Shown in pieces: positions 26,348-38,834 of a stretch of DNA of 46,299 nucleotides (position 1 is its first letter; each line of letters starts with the position of its first letter). Below the pieces are notes generated by a model. The model had not been told where the DNA came from and searched no databases. It was given only the letters and a program-made list of their open reading frames with translations. The stretch spans positions 3,826,350 to 3,872,648 of the forward strand of contig NC_068998.1 in the NCBI RefSeq assembly GCF_001194135.2, given 5' to 3'. This DNA is from Octopus bimaculoides (Eukaryota). A program made the position numbers and the translations under genes.

Positions 26348-26637
26348 ATCTGTCTATCTATCTTTCTATCTATCTATTTATCTATTTACCAGTCTCTATT
26401 TATTTATCCGCCCGTCTGTCTGTCTATTTACCTATGTATTTATCGATTTATTTATCTATCTATCTATCTATCTTTGTGCCTGTCTGTCTGTCTGTCTATC
26501 TATCTATCCGTCTGTCTGTCTGTCTATTTACCTATGTATCAGTCTATCTGTCTATCTATCAGTCTGTCTGTCTGTTTGTCTATTTACCTATGTATCTATT
26601 TATTTATTTATTTATTTATTTGTATGTATGTATGTAT
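26348..26637. repeat. Compound TCTA/TCTG/TTTA tetranucleotide microsatellite
   Basis: Directly visible. Confidence 0.9.
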
Positions 26638-26885
26638 GAATTTCTTGTGGGTGTATGCATTTTGTTCTTTTATACTTTCATACGTTTCAGCTCCAAGGCT
26701 GTGGTCAGGCAATATATACGTATATAAGTATCTGCATACACACACACATATACACACACAGGCATAAGCAAAAATATGGACGTTCGTATACATATATATC
26801 TGTGTGTATATGTCAGTGCGTGCACGCACAGTCACAAATATAATTATATGTACGCATAATATTCACAAACATAACTAAAATTTCC

Positions 26886-26959
<74 letters not shown>

Positions 26960-27133
26960 NNNNNNNNNNNNNNNNNNNNNNNNNNNNNNNNNNNNNNNNN
27001 NNNNNNNNNNNNNNNNNNNNNNNNNNNNNNNNNNNNNNNNNNNNNNNNNNNNNNNNNNNNNNNNNNNNNNNNNNNNNNNNNNNNNNNNNNNNNNNNNNNN
27101 NNNNNNNNNNNNNNNNNNNNNNNNNNNNNNNNN

Positions 27134-27177
<44 letters not shown>

Positions 27178-27796
27178 CGTATACACATCCATTCACACAT
27201 AGATACATACATGCATAAATACATACATGTGTCCATGCATGCATGCATTCATACATGCACACACTTTCATTACGTAAAACGCGAAACGTGTGGCCATAAC
27301 GTAATACCGAACAGTAAATTAATTTATCATCTTACGAAACGGTGAGGAAGGGTGGGCAGAGATGGACGCAGTGCAGTTGTTACAATATTATCATCACTCC
27401 ACATGCACCGGATGGCATTAAACAGATTGTCTGCATGACAAAGCCTCTCCTTCTTTCTGGGGGGTCATGTCATCATTTATTATTATTATTATTATTATCA
27501 TTATTATTGGTCTTTTGGTCATTGCACAATTCTTCCTGACAGACCTTGCAGCAGAATAGAAAAGTGCGATAGACTTTCGGTTCATCGACTGATGAGGATA
27601 ATGATGATGACGATAACGATGATGCTGAGTTCGTCTGATGGCTAAAATGTTTTTGCTGTTGGCTCTCCTTGTGTCTCCGTCTCTCAACCTCGTTTGGGCT
27701 GGCGTTAATTATATTTACTTAATAATCATCATCATCATTATTTGTGTTGTTTTTCGTCTTTGTCATCAACGTCTGTAGCCTTTGTAGCCAGTAGAA

Positions 27797-27965
27797 GAAA
27801 TAATAATAATAATAATAATAATAGTAATAATAATAATAATAGTAATAATGATAATAATAGTAATAATAATAATGATAATAATAGTAATAATAATAATGAT
27901 GATGATGATAATAATAATAATGATTATAATGATAATAATAATAATGATGATTATTACTATTACTG
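27797..27965. repeat. (AAT/GAT)n trinucleotide microsatellite
   Basis: Directly visible. Confidence 0.95.
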
Positions 27966-28542
27966 TTGTTAAAGTACCAGTCACGTACTGAGGGCTAGCA
28001 CTATCGACTGTATTCCACTTGGCCAAATTATTTTCGTTTAGAGATTGTTGTTGTTCTTGATGATAAGATGTTTTTTTTTCAAAATATAAAGTAGCAATTA
28101 ATTAATTAATTTAATAATTATATCTGCCTCTAAGAATTCTTACTAAAATAGATATTACGAAAGAAACAGCGAACGGACTGTAATATTAACTTCATACATA
28201 CATAATACATACATACATACATACTAGGGCTAACACAGGTAGTGCCCTGTACAGAAAGTGTCTAAATAATTGTAATTTCATCCATAATGAGGACGAAAAA
28301 TCATTCAAATTATTAGTTTAAAAAATTTACTCTGATAAAAAAAAAAAAAGCAAAAAGCGCCAAGTACGACGACTTCGAAATCCAAATTAATTAAGAACTA
28401 CGACATGCAGCAAAGAGAAGGATTGATATTTAAGTAATTGAAGAAACAGCCTTAGAATGGATTCGGTCTTGTTTGGCTCTCATCTTCACCGGGAATTACA
28501 AAAATTCTCCAAATAAGCACCGGTAGACGTAAGAACTATTAT

Positions 28543-28872
28543 TTAAACCTGGCACTCCGTCGGTTACTACGACGAGTGTTCCAGTTGATCTGATCAACAG
28601 GGCGGCCACCTGGTGAAATTAGCGTGCAAGTGGCTGAACACTCCACAGGCACGCGCACCTTTAACGTAGTTCTCAGGAAGATTCAGCGTGACACAGTGTG
28701 ACAAGGCTGATCCTTTGAATTACAGGTACTATTCTTTTCTGCCAGCCGGGTAGACTGGAGCAACGTGAAATAAAGTGTCTTGCTCAAGGACACAACACGC
28801 CGCCGGGAATCGAACACATGACCTTACAATTCTGAGCCGAATATCGCTAGCCACTAAGCCATGCGCCTTCAC
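28543..28872 (-). mobile_element. Near full-length tRNA-derived SINE, family C, with 12-bp target-site duplication
   Basis: The reverse complement begins GTGAAGGCGCATGGCTTAGTGG...GTTCGATTCCCGG. Flanked by AAGAACTATTAT (28531-28542) and AAGAAGTATTAT (28873-28884), one mismatch. Confidence 0.85.
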
Positions 28873-29329
28873 AAGAAGTATTATATATTTAAATCATCTA
28901 TGACCAGGTAAGTAGTGATGAGACACTATTTTGCTTAAGAGTTTTAATACGATCGAAACATGTACTAAATTATCACCCTACGTATCAGATCAGACTCATT
29001 TCATACTGCATAGCCTTGTACCTAAATTTGAAATTAATTGGGGTTTTAGAATCGTCTTCTATGCATTTCTTTTGAAGAGTTAATGCTTAATGCTAAATAA
29101 TTGTGTTTATCTCCCCGCTGCGGGAAAAAGTTTCACTAATAAGGCATTTATAAAGCTCATTAAATGAAGTGTGTTGGCCACCCACTTAATAGTATATTTT
29201 TCTTGCAAAGGGCGTGTATGGGCAATCTTCAATATTTTTCCCATTAATTATTGTATATTATGTAAATACATCTATGCATATGTATTTATGTATATGTGTG
29301 TGCGCATGTATGTATACGTACACACGTGT

Positions 29330-29582
<253 letters not shown>

Positions 29583-30009
29583 AACTTCATTCTTTTACCT
29601 TATACATACTTCATTACCTTATACATTGCTTCTCACAGCTATTCTACGATTCTGTCATTCTGCTATTCTGCCCTTCAATCATTCCCAGTTTGACATGTGT
29701 ACGCATTATCTTCGAAACCAGTGACGTCATTGCTTATCGAGCATAAAACTGGTCAGTGTAACAAATAACATTGTTCCTTCTAGCAGAATTCCGCCAACTT
29801 GGACAATTCTTCGTTTCTGTATTATTTTATTTATTTTTTTTTTTTGTAGTATTTTGTTACTTTTATTGATTTCTTCTCGTTCTGTTTCTCTTTTCCTTTT
29901 CTTATTCTTCAACCCTTTCTTTCTTTCTTCTTTCTTTCTTTCTTTCTTTCTATTCGTGTGCTTTGGTGTGGATCGACATCGTTTCATTCAAATAAATACC
30001 AGAACTCAT

Positions 30010-30068
30010 GATAGATCGATCAATCGATAGATAGATAGATGCATAGAGAGATAGCTACGTAGAGAGGC

Positions 30069-30101
<33 letters not shown>

Positions 30102-30250
30102 CATATTGACTTAGATAGATAGATAGCTAGATAGATATTTACATAAAGATTCAGGTAGCTATTTGGATAGATAGATGCATCACTGGAAAGAAGGACAGTG
30201 ATATATATATAGACAGTTAGATAACTTCATAGCTATTTAGATAGGTAACC

Positions 30251-30314
<64 letters not shown>

Positions 30315-30655
30315 CACACACACAGAAGCCTAAATAGTTAACTACTTTGATATATTGACGCATTGATAAATATATTGATAGATAGAAAGATAATAGATAC
30401 TTAGATGTGGTGACATAAATGGAGAGTTAGATTGAAGATAGATAGATAGATATGTTTAGAAAAATGATAGACAAAATGGCGATGCAAATATCTCAAAAGA
30501 ATGGGAAGAGAAAGAAATAAGGGAAAAAATGGTAAGATAGAGAAACAAAAAGAAAAAAGAAAAAGAGAAGGAAAAAGTGAGATAAAGAGACAAAATATAG
30601 ATAGATAGATATAGATAGATGGCTGGATAGATAGATAGATAGATAGATAGATAGA
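30010..30655. repeat. (ATAG)n and (CT)n microsatellite-rich tract
   Basis: Directly visible. Confidence 0.85.
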
Positions 30656-31269
30656 ATGGAGAGAGAAGGAAGTTGCTGTTTTGGGCTGTAAATGTTGTCA
30701 GCAGCAATGGTTGATTACTGGCAGCTAATAAAGATGATTCTAGAGTTTGAAATGGTTGACTCATTGTCCAAATGGCTCAAGGAAGGTTTCTTCAGATGAC
30801 TCAGTGAGGGTCACTCACTCATCAATTCTGACATAAAGATTACTACGACGGTGAAGGAGGCACCGTTACTGCTGTTCAAGACAAAAGGTGACGATGCTGA
30901 TGATGATAATGATGATGATGTGGAGGAGAGGGAGGAGGCTGGAAGGTGGTAGATATGACAAGGGAAGGAAGGAAGGAAAAAACCTGTTCGTGATTATTCA
31001 GTTTCGAAAACTATACTATTAGGGGGAAAATAACTGAATAATTATGTGTACGAATATATGTGTGCATATACGTCTGTCTGTCTGTATGCATGTATGTATG
31101 TATCTATCTATATATGTATGTATATATGTATATATAAATGTATATATTTATTTGTGTAGATATGTGTCTGCGTATTTGTATATATATATGCATATATATA
31201 TATATACACGTGTGTATATATCAATATAAATGTCTATGCACACACACAATAATAGTTGCATATGTACAT

Positions 31270-31314
<45 letters not shown>

Positions 31315-31577
31315 CACATGTTTATTCGTCTATTTAGTATATATGTGTACGTGTGTGTGTGCGTGCGTATACGTTACTTAAAGCCTTTTACAAGACGGTT
31401 CGTTCTTTGGAATTTTTCACACAAAGCGATGCATGCCGTATGTATTCAAAGAAAACACATCATAGTGTGCGGAAAATCGATGGGTTTGATGGTGGTGTCG
31501 GTGTCGGGTGGCGGTGACTGTTGTGTTCAATAACCCACAGATTCTTTGCAAAACTACTGAATACTTTCGTGTTCGCG

Positions 31578-31590
31578 ATGGGCGTTGAGA
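31578..31590 (+). CDS. Candidate short first coding exon MGVE, phase 1
   Basis: GCGATGG context; ATG GGC GTT GAG A|GTAAGT (GT at 31591); lies in a higher-complexity GC-richer patch, 31380-31750. Confidence 0.35.
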
Positions 31591-31730
31591 GTAAGTTAAC
31601 CTGAAAGAGTTTATATTTCTGAAAGTTACAAACCCTGCTTCGTATTAGAACCTTACATAACTTGATGAGAAAACACTCGATAACTGAAATCACTCTCTTT
31701 GATAACGTTCTACGGTGGATTGTACCAAAT

Positions 31731-31749
31731 ATGCTGTACTTACTTACAG
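31731..31749 (+). CDS. Candidate short first coding exon MLYLLT, phase 1 (alternatively a recursive CAG|GTAAGT site)
   Basis: AATATG CTG TAC TTA CTT ACA G|GTAAGT, a perfect consensus donor (GT at 31750). Confidence 0.4.
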
Positions 31750-32055
31750 GTAAGTGAACGTGACAACAACAGATAAATGTTTAAGGCACGATAAGCAGTT
31801 GCTACAGAGGATCCTTATGTCAGAAGATAGGCAAATCTTGTCACATAGCCAGGTTTTACAGGTCAATATTTTGTGATCGTAAAAATAATTTGTCAATTTT
31901 TTAACTCGACTTAATCTTATTGTCTATTTCAAATTGTTATTAATTCGTACAAACTGGCAGTGTGTCTGTCTCTTTGTCTCTCTCTCTCTGTCGCTGTCTG
32001 TCTGTCTGTCTCTCAGATACACATACACAAACCACATTTTCTCTGTTTGTCCGTC

Positions 32056-32109
<54 letters not shown>

Positions 32110-33746
32110 ATGAATACAAAAGCAAGACATTGCCGGAAGGAAACTTTTAATAAACGTTGTATTAGTTTAACGCTTAAAAAGAATAGAGTTTTGGCCGTTT
32201 CAGTTGTTAGTCCTTCATCAGGAAAAATGAATTGGAAGTGCAGGCTATTAAAGCTAGGCACAGACCGTGTAAATGAGTTACAGTTGCCCAGCATTACCAC
32301 AAATATTAAGTTGATGTAATTGTCATTAACTAATTGCAGTTTGATAGCAAATTTGTATGAGTGATAAAATTGAAGATTTTAATATTTATTATTATTATTA
32401 TTTTTTCTTCTTAATGATAATTAATTCTGCTTTTCATGTCTCGAGATGAATATAATCAACGTTATTAAAGATAAGGAGGTAGGGTGGTAGTGATTAAAGA
32501 ATTATTAATATATATTCAATATCGATAATGATAATGACATTTTCAAAACCTGATTAATTATCTCACGAAAGGAACCTATGGATACTCAAAAGAAATATTC
32601 CTTACTCGTTAATTCTTACAAATTTTAATAATTACTAATCTCTCCATTGAATAGGTCCATCCAACGAAATGATCATCCAAAGTATTCTTTGATGTTCCTA
32701 TGAAGCAGAGAAAGTCATATGTTAAAGAAGTTGGCTTAGCCATCACGTGATTCCAAGTTCGATCTCATGTTGTTTCACCGCCTTTTACCTACGATCATGG
32801 AATTGAATACCACATTAATTTAACGTGCCACTTAAAAAATACTGAGATGTAAATTTGAGGAGATTTGGCTGTCATTTTCAGGATGTCTAATGACTAAGGA
32901 ACCTAAACAGAATCTCATCGTATATTTGTGTGTGTGTGTGTGTGTGCATGCGTATGTATGAATTGTGTGCGCCCGTTCATGACTGTGTTCTAGTTTGCAT
33001 GCTGCTTATTCCTTTGTGTTATAGTTTGGTTTGTCATTGGTCAGCAGTTCAGCGGTGCCCTTCGTTTCTCTCGATTGGGTGGTGTTCTTTTATATAAATC
33101 TCTTCACACATACAAACACGCAGTCACGCATACAGTTGTATGCAAGTATATATATATATATATATATACACCATATATACACACCATATATATAACTGCC
33201 GATAGATAGATGAAAAGACGTTGTTGTATGCCATAACCTTTCCGTGGCTTCACTCAAGTGACCGAAAGCAATCAAAGAATAAAATGCTGTGTGGAACCGC
33301 TTACACCTTAAGATACTAATTAGTTAATTAAAATGCGTCCGTGTGAGGTGGTGGGGTTATGGGCGGGGTGTTTTATTCGCTTCTAAATTATTCCAAATAT
33401 TTTGTTCTGTGGAAATGCTTCTTTCTGGTCAGTCGTCTTAAATAAAATAAATGGCTTGTAGTCAACACTCCTCTCTCATTCATTCGTTAAAGTAACATAC
33501 ACACACGCTATCTATCTATTTATCTAGCTATCTACAGTAGCATACACGCTATATATATATATATATATACGTGTGTGTGTGTGTATATATATATATATGT
33601 ATATACATGTGTGTGTATTTATATATGTGTATGTATTTATATATATGTATGTATATATATATATATACGTATATATATATGTATATGTGTGTGTGTGTGT
33701 ATATATATATATGTGTGTATATATATATATATATGTATGTATAAGG

Positions 33747-33778
<32 letters not shown>

Positions 33779-34048
33779 ATATATATATATATCTCCTGTC
33801 TTTTTTCACTGTCTTTTACTTGGTCTTCATCTGATTACAAAAATATATCTAAGACAAAGTCTAGGATCACTCAGCCATTTTGTATTCTCTTTCTTTCTAT
33901 CTTTCTTTCTCTTTCTTTGTCTCTCTTTCTCTCCGTAACTTCTAGAATAAATATACGATATAAAAAAAATAATTATATAAAAAAAAAACATATAAAATAG
34001 GTGTTAAGTAGTCGAAACTGAATTACTGAATTTTTTTTGTAACTCTAG

Positions 34049-34548
34049 GGGTCCCCCACGTGGTTGTTCAAAGTGACAGGAGCTGCCGAATCCAGAACAG
34101 TCTAAAGAGATTTTCTCGACCACTCAGCCGACCAATGTCAGAAAAGAGCACCATTCAAAGCTATAGGCAGTTGGGGACAAATTCTGAATTCTCTCCTGAT
34201 CGGCACTGTCCAAGAAGCATCACGTTTGCACAGCAGGAAGCAGATCCTCTCTGAAATCAACCAAATACGTTTTGCGAAAAATCGAAAGACTCGCCTCAGA
34301 ACATCACTCACTTCAGGCAGCAAGCAACAGCAAAAGAGATTGTGTTTGTTTGTTTGTTTGTTGATCGTTCAGGAAAAAAAAAAAAAAACTAAAGACAAAA
34401 CAAAAACAAAAAAACACGATTTTTCTTCGTTCTTTTTTTTTTAACTTTGTTAATAATTGAAGCAAAAGTATCGTGTTTTTTTCCACTTCTCCCAGTAAAA
34501 CGTTTAACATTTTCTGTGCTAAGCTACAGAAATTACGATGGAAACTAT
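34049..34548 (+). other. Candidate exon with alternative acceptors (34048, 34495, 34529) and one donor; ends with ATG GAA ACT AT (start codon at 34538, phase 2)
   Basis: Acceptors TTTTTTTTGTAACTCTAG| (34048), GTGTTTTTTTCCACTTCTCCCAG| (34495) and TTTTCTGTGCTAAGCTACAG| (34529). ACGATGG Kozak-like context. Donor TAT|GTAAGT (GT at 34549). High-complexity sequence 34049-34330. Confidence 0.45.
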
Positions 34549-35023
34549 GTAAGTTAGTGTAAACGTATATTCTTATGAAGAGAAAAAAAAAAAAAGATTT
34601 ATTTATTATATTTTTCCATAAGTAAACCCCACCCCTAAAAAAAAATGCAGCCAGTCGTTAGCATAAGTATGTCCAATAATGAATAACAAATCTTTCAGCT
34701 GTTTGAGGGAATGAAAAAAAAAATGAAAGAAAAAAAGAAAGAAAAAACTTAAAATTCAGGAAATGGCTATTATGGTTCTGATGAAGCAGGAAACGATTTT
34801 TCCAGTGAAAAAATAGTTTTTTGAAATTTTTATGCTAGATTTTTTTCCATCTATACCATGTAGTGTATATAATGCGTATATTCTATTTAAACTGGTCAGT
34901 GCATAATAGAAATAAGTTCTCTGTATATAGATTAAAATAGCTTAGATTTTAGATAATTATCTATAGCGTATTTTATTGTTCTTTCTCTCCTTTCTTCTTT
35001 CCCATTCCTCGTGTCTGCTACAG

Positions 35024-35025
35024 AG
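35024..35025 (+). CDS. Candidate 2-nt microexon (AG) or recursive splice site
   Basis: Long pyrimidine tract at about 34970-35010, then GTGTCTGCTACAG|AG|GTAAGT, with a UGC at 35016-35018. Confidence 0.45.
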
Positions 35026-35254
35026 GTAAGTTTCTCGGAGATAAGAAACTGCTTGTCACGGTTTCATTTCTCGTTTAGTATCATTACAATCTACTTACCT
35101 ACTTCCATCCTTAATGACGGAAGAAATCTATGTGGTCCGTAGTAAAAACAATTTTCTCACCTCCTTCGTTAAAAAATCGCAATCTCAGTGTCTATTACAC
35201 GTTATCCGCCACCTCCTATTTGTCTATACGCTAGACAAGATGTTTGTTCGGCAT

Positions 35255-35523
35255 ACGTTTACAGATGCAATATTTGGACACCTCATCAGTGTTGTGATCT
35301 GGAATCACAGGTTGTTTCGGCTCTTACAACCATAAACCTTCAGTCAGGCAATCCGATTACCTAGTTCATCAATCTTATCGGCATTCTACTGACATCACCG
35401 ATCACCGCTTTTCAACGAGAACTATCTAGATGCTTTCTCAGCAACTGATGCGTTATTTCTTATGGCACTTCTGCTCATCCCCATAACACCCAGGGCTCCA
35501 CAGGCCTTATTCAGTGTATCATG
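35255..35523 (-). mobile_element. 3' remnant of a Hero-like (restriction-like endonuclease) non-LTR retrotransposon: decayed ORF end plus 3' UTR
   Basis: 35523-35395 translates to HDTLNKACGALGVMGMSRSAIRNNASVAEKASR*FSLKSGDR*, resembling the AEKASRWLWLKR-type C-terminus I recall for Hero-clade elements. Family assignment is from memory, not a search. Confidence 0.6.
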
Positions 35524-35558
35524 GCATAGTTAGTATATAGCAGTTCAATTAATGAATA

Positions 35559-35596
<38 letters not shown>

Positions 35597-35606
35597 NNNN
35601 NNNNNN

Positions 35607-35646
<40 letters not shown>

Positions 35647-37087
35647 CCCCAGCAAATAAAACCCCAACAGGACTTATGAGGTAGTTCTTTATGATATATA
35701 TATCAGAGTTGTCTGAATTTTCATAGAAGAACGTAATAAAGTTACTTACTCTAGAAATTAATATTAGTGAATATTTAAATGCAAAAATATTTTAACTTTT
35801 AACGGTTGAGCTTGAAGCCGATAAAGCTTTAAACATTTACAGATGTGTATAAATAAATACATTTCTTTTAATTAATTTGTAATAAGAATTTTAATATAAA
35901 TAGAATAATAAATGTAAGTCTTAATATATATGTAAATGTTTCCTTTCGCAATATTAATAATATTGATAAATATTCAAAATATGTTAATATTAATTATCTC
36001 AGCCTCTTACTGGTTTCAGTTATTGGACCCTGGCCATACTGGGGTACCGCTTTTATTACTGAATATCTAATAGCAATATTAGTACAGGTAAATATATAAA
36101 AATTAATATATTTCAATATGTGTACAGCCATAGAGTATGAACCGCGATGCTGTGGTGTAGGACACCGCTTTAGGGTGTGGGAGTACTATGTAATTAACGA
36201 GTGTTCCGTAGTTATACAGTAATATTAAGTCCGAAAACCTCCCCACCCCACATTCTCGGGAGCTACTCGACGGTCAGTCATGCGTTTATCATCCTAACTC
36301 CGGCCCTGAATAGGAATGATGGGTGGGAGGTTGGGGGCGTGATTATTACCATGTGACTAATACTTTTTACGTTGAATTATTCACGTTCATTCGTCCATTT
36401 CTAGGTTGCCATCTTGCTATTTGTGTCAGGACAGGGGTTGTAGGCCATGAAACAGTGAAGTCAACTCGTTTTTAGAATTTTTAAAACATCACACCTTTGC
36501 AGTTAGGTATTGTCTTAAAAAGCAATCAGTTGGTGTAACAATAAAACACATTAAGGGGGAGGAGGAAGAAGAAGGATTTTCCTAAAGATAAAACAAAAAA
36601 GAAGGAAAAATAAGGATTAGTGTTAATATAGAGTTATAGATGTCGTATGAAATGTGTTAAATCATTATCAACTATGATAATGAGCCAAACATATATATAT
36701 ATATTATACATACATGAGGTATATGGAGTAAATCGCTATAATTTCTATGTTTAGATGTAAGCATATATGCGGACATTCTGTGTGTATGCATGTTTGTATT
36801 TATGGATGAATGTAGGTGTGTATGTATTTCTGTATTTATATAGTTATTGTTATATATGTATATATTTAAATGTGTGTACGAATGTAGATGTATATTTGTA
36901 TGTAAATATGTGTGTGTGTGTGTGTGTGTATGCGTTTAAGCATGCAAGTACGTATTGTGTTACATATATGTAGATAGATATATTACTATATTGTATGCTC
37001 ACATGTAACATTTTTGTTAGAAATGTATTAGCACAAACACTTCTGTAATCTTTGTGCAACGAACGTATCTTTGTCTTTTAAATTTAC

Positions 37088-37136
<49 letters not shown>

Positions 37137-37384
37137 NNNNNNNNNNNNNNNNNNNNNNNNNNNNNNNNNNNNNNNNNNNNNNNNNNNNNNNNNNNNNNNN
37201 NNNNNNNNNNNNNNNNNNNNNNNNNNNNNNNNNNNNNNNNNNNNNNNNNNNNNNNNNNNNNNNNNNNNNNNNNNNNNNNNNNNNNNNNNNNNNNNNNNNN
37301 NNNNNNNNNNNNNNNNNNNNNNNNNNNNNNNNNNNNNNNNNNNNNNNNNNNNNNNNNNNNNNNNNNNNNNNNNNNNNNNNNNNN

Positions 37385-37447
<63 letters not shown>

Positions 37448-38802
37448 CATAAATACATACATACATACATATATATACATCTACTGGAGTTGTCTGTTTC
37501 TTATCCCTCCTTTTGGTTCCCACACAGTAAGGATTAGTATATATTGAATTACTCCAATCGCCTATATCACTTATTTACACAATTTCAGAGGTTTTGTGAC
37601 ATTTGAAAACAAATACATTATATATTAATTATACCCATATTTCTATCTATTTAATCTTCGACAGTTTATCACACTTTAACTCTCACGTAATCCACTTTCT
37701 GTGCAGCCACTACTTTCCCCTTGTGTATTATTTATTTTATCACGTTGCAATTCTTATCCTTCTATATTACAGTGTTCTATTTTCTTTCCTTCAATTCTGT
37801 CATATTAGCGTCATTTCTTCCTTGCTTATTCTCTCCTTTATCACTATTTATATTTTACTGTCTACTCACGGGACTGTCTATCTCACTAGCTGGTTAACTA
37901 CTGACTACGTTCTTTCTCTCTTATACCCTCCAATTCTTTCTGTGCCCCTATCTCTAATTGTGCCACCTACCTATTTATCTGTATAATACACCAATCTCTG
38001 ATAAAGCTTTTTTTTATCTATCTTTTATCTCTCTCAGCACAACCATTGCTTTTCCTTCCCTCATTTCTATACAATGACGTAAAGAGAAAAACCAGGAACA
38101 AAATATAAACGCATAGTTTAACGTTTATTACATAAAGAAAAAATATTTTTTTAAAGTACCGTCTGAGTTCAAAATACTGCTGGAGTCCGTTTCATTTGTC
38201 ACCCTTCTAGAATCGATGAAATAAGTATCTCTCACTTAATACATGGATTTAATTGACTATAAACTATCTCACCGCCAAACCTGACCGGTTTTGTGCCTTT
38301 GTTAGCAATTTTTAGTATAATGCTTATTGGATAGTTATTTATTACATAGGCAACATGGAAGACAGTTAAACGATAGGTCATCTCTACCCAACCTTCAATC
38401 AACTACCGTGTAAATGTTACTAACTCGATCAAATATAATACCCTGTGATACCCATGAGGGTTGCTCGAAAGTCACTCATTTTTTCGACATTTCCACGCAA
38501 CCCTCTTTCCCCTAATATATATATATGACATATATATACATAATATATGTATATGCATATAATATATATATAATATATATGATAAAATATATATTTCATA
38601 TATATGTATGTATATACATACATACATATATATATGAAATATATATTTTATCATATATATTATATATATATATATGTATATATATATATGTATATATATA
38701 TANNNNNNNNNNNNNNNNNNNNNNNNNNNNNNNNNNNNNNNNNNNNNNNNNNNNNNNNNNNNNNNNNNNNNNNNNNNNNNNNNNNNNNNNNNNNNNNNNN
38801 NN

Positions 38803-38834
<32 letters not shown>

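Noticed and set aside
28900-28913. ATG ACC AG|GTAAGT next to the family C SINE
   Set aside because: Phase 2, no pyrimidine tract or promoter-like island; compatible with a chance 8-mer.
30796-30803. TTCTTCAG|ATGACTCA|GTGAGG, a possible 8-nt microexon
   Set aside because: Short pyrimidine tract and frame-shifting length; equally explained as an AP-1 motif or chance.
31578-31590. MGVE resembles the start of FKBP12
   Set aside because: Four residues only, and no PPIase exons are present in the window.
37581-37596. Second CAG|AG|GT configuration
   Set aside because: The donor GTTTTG is far from consensus.
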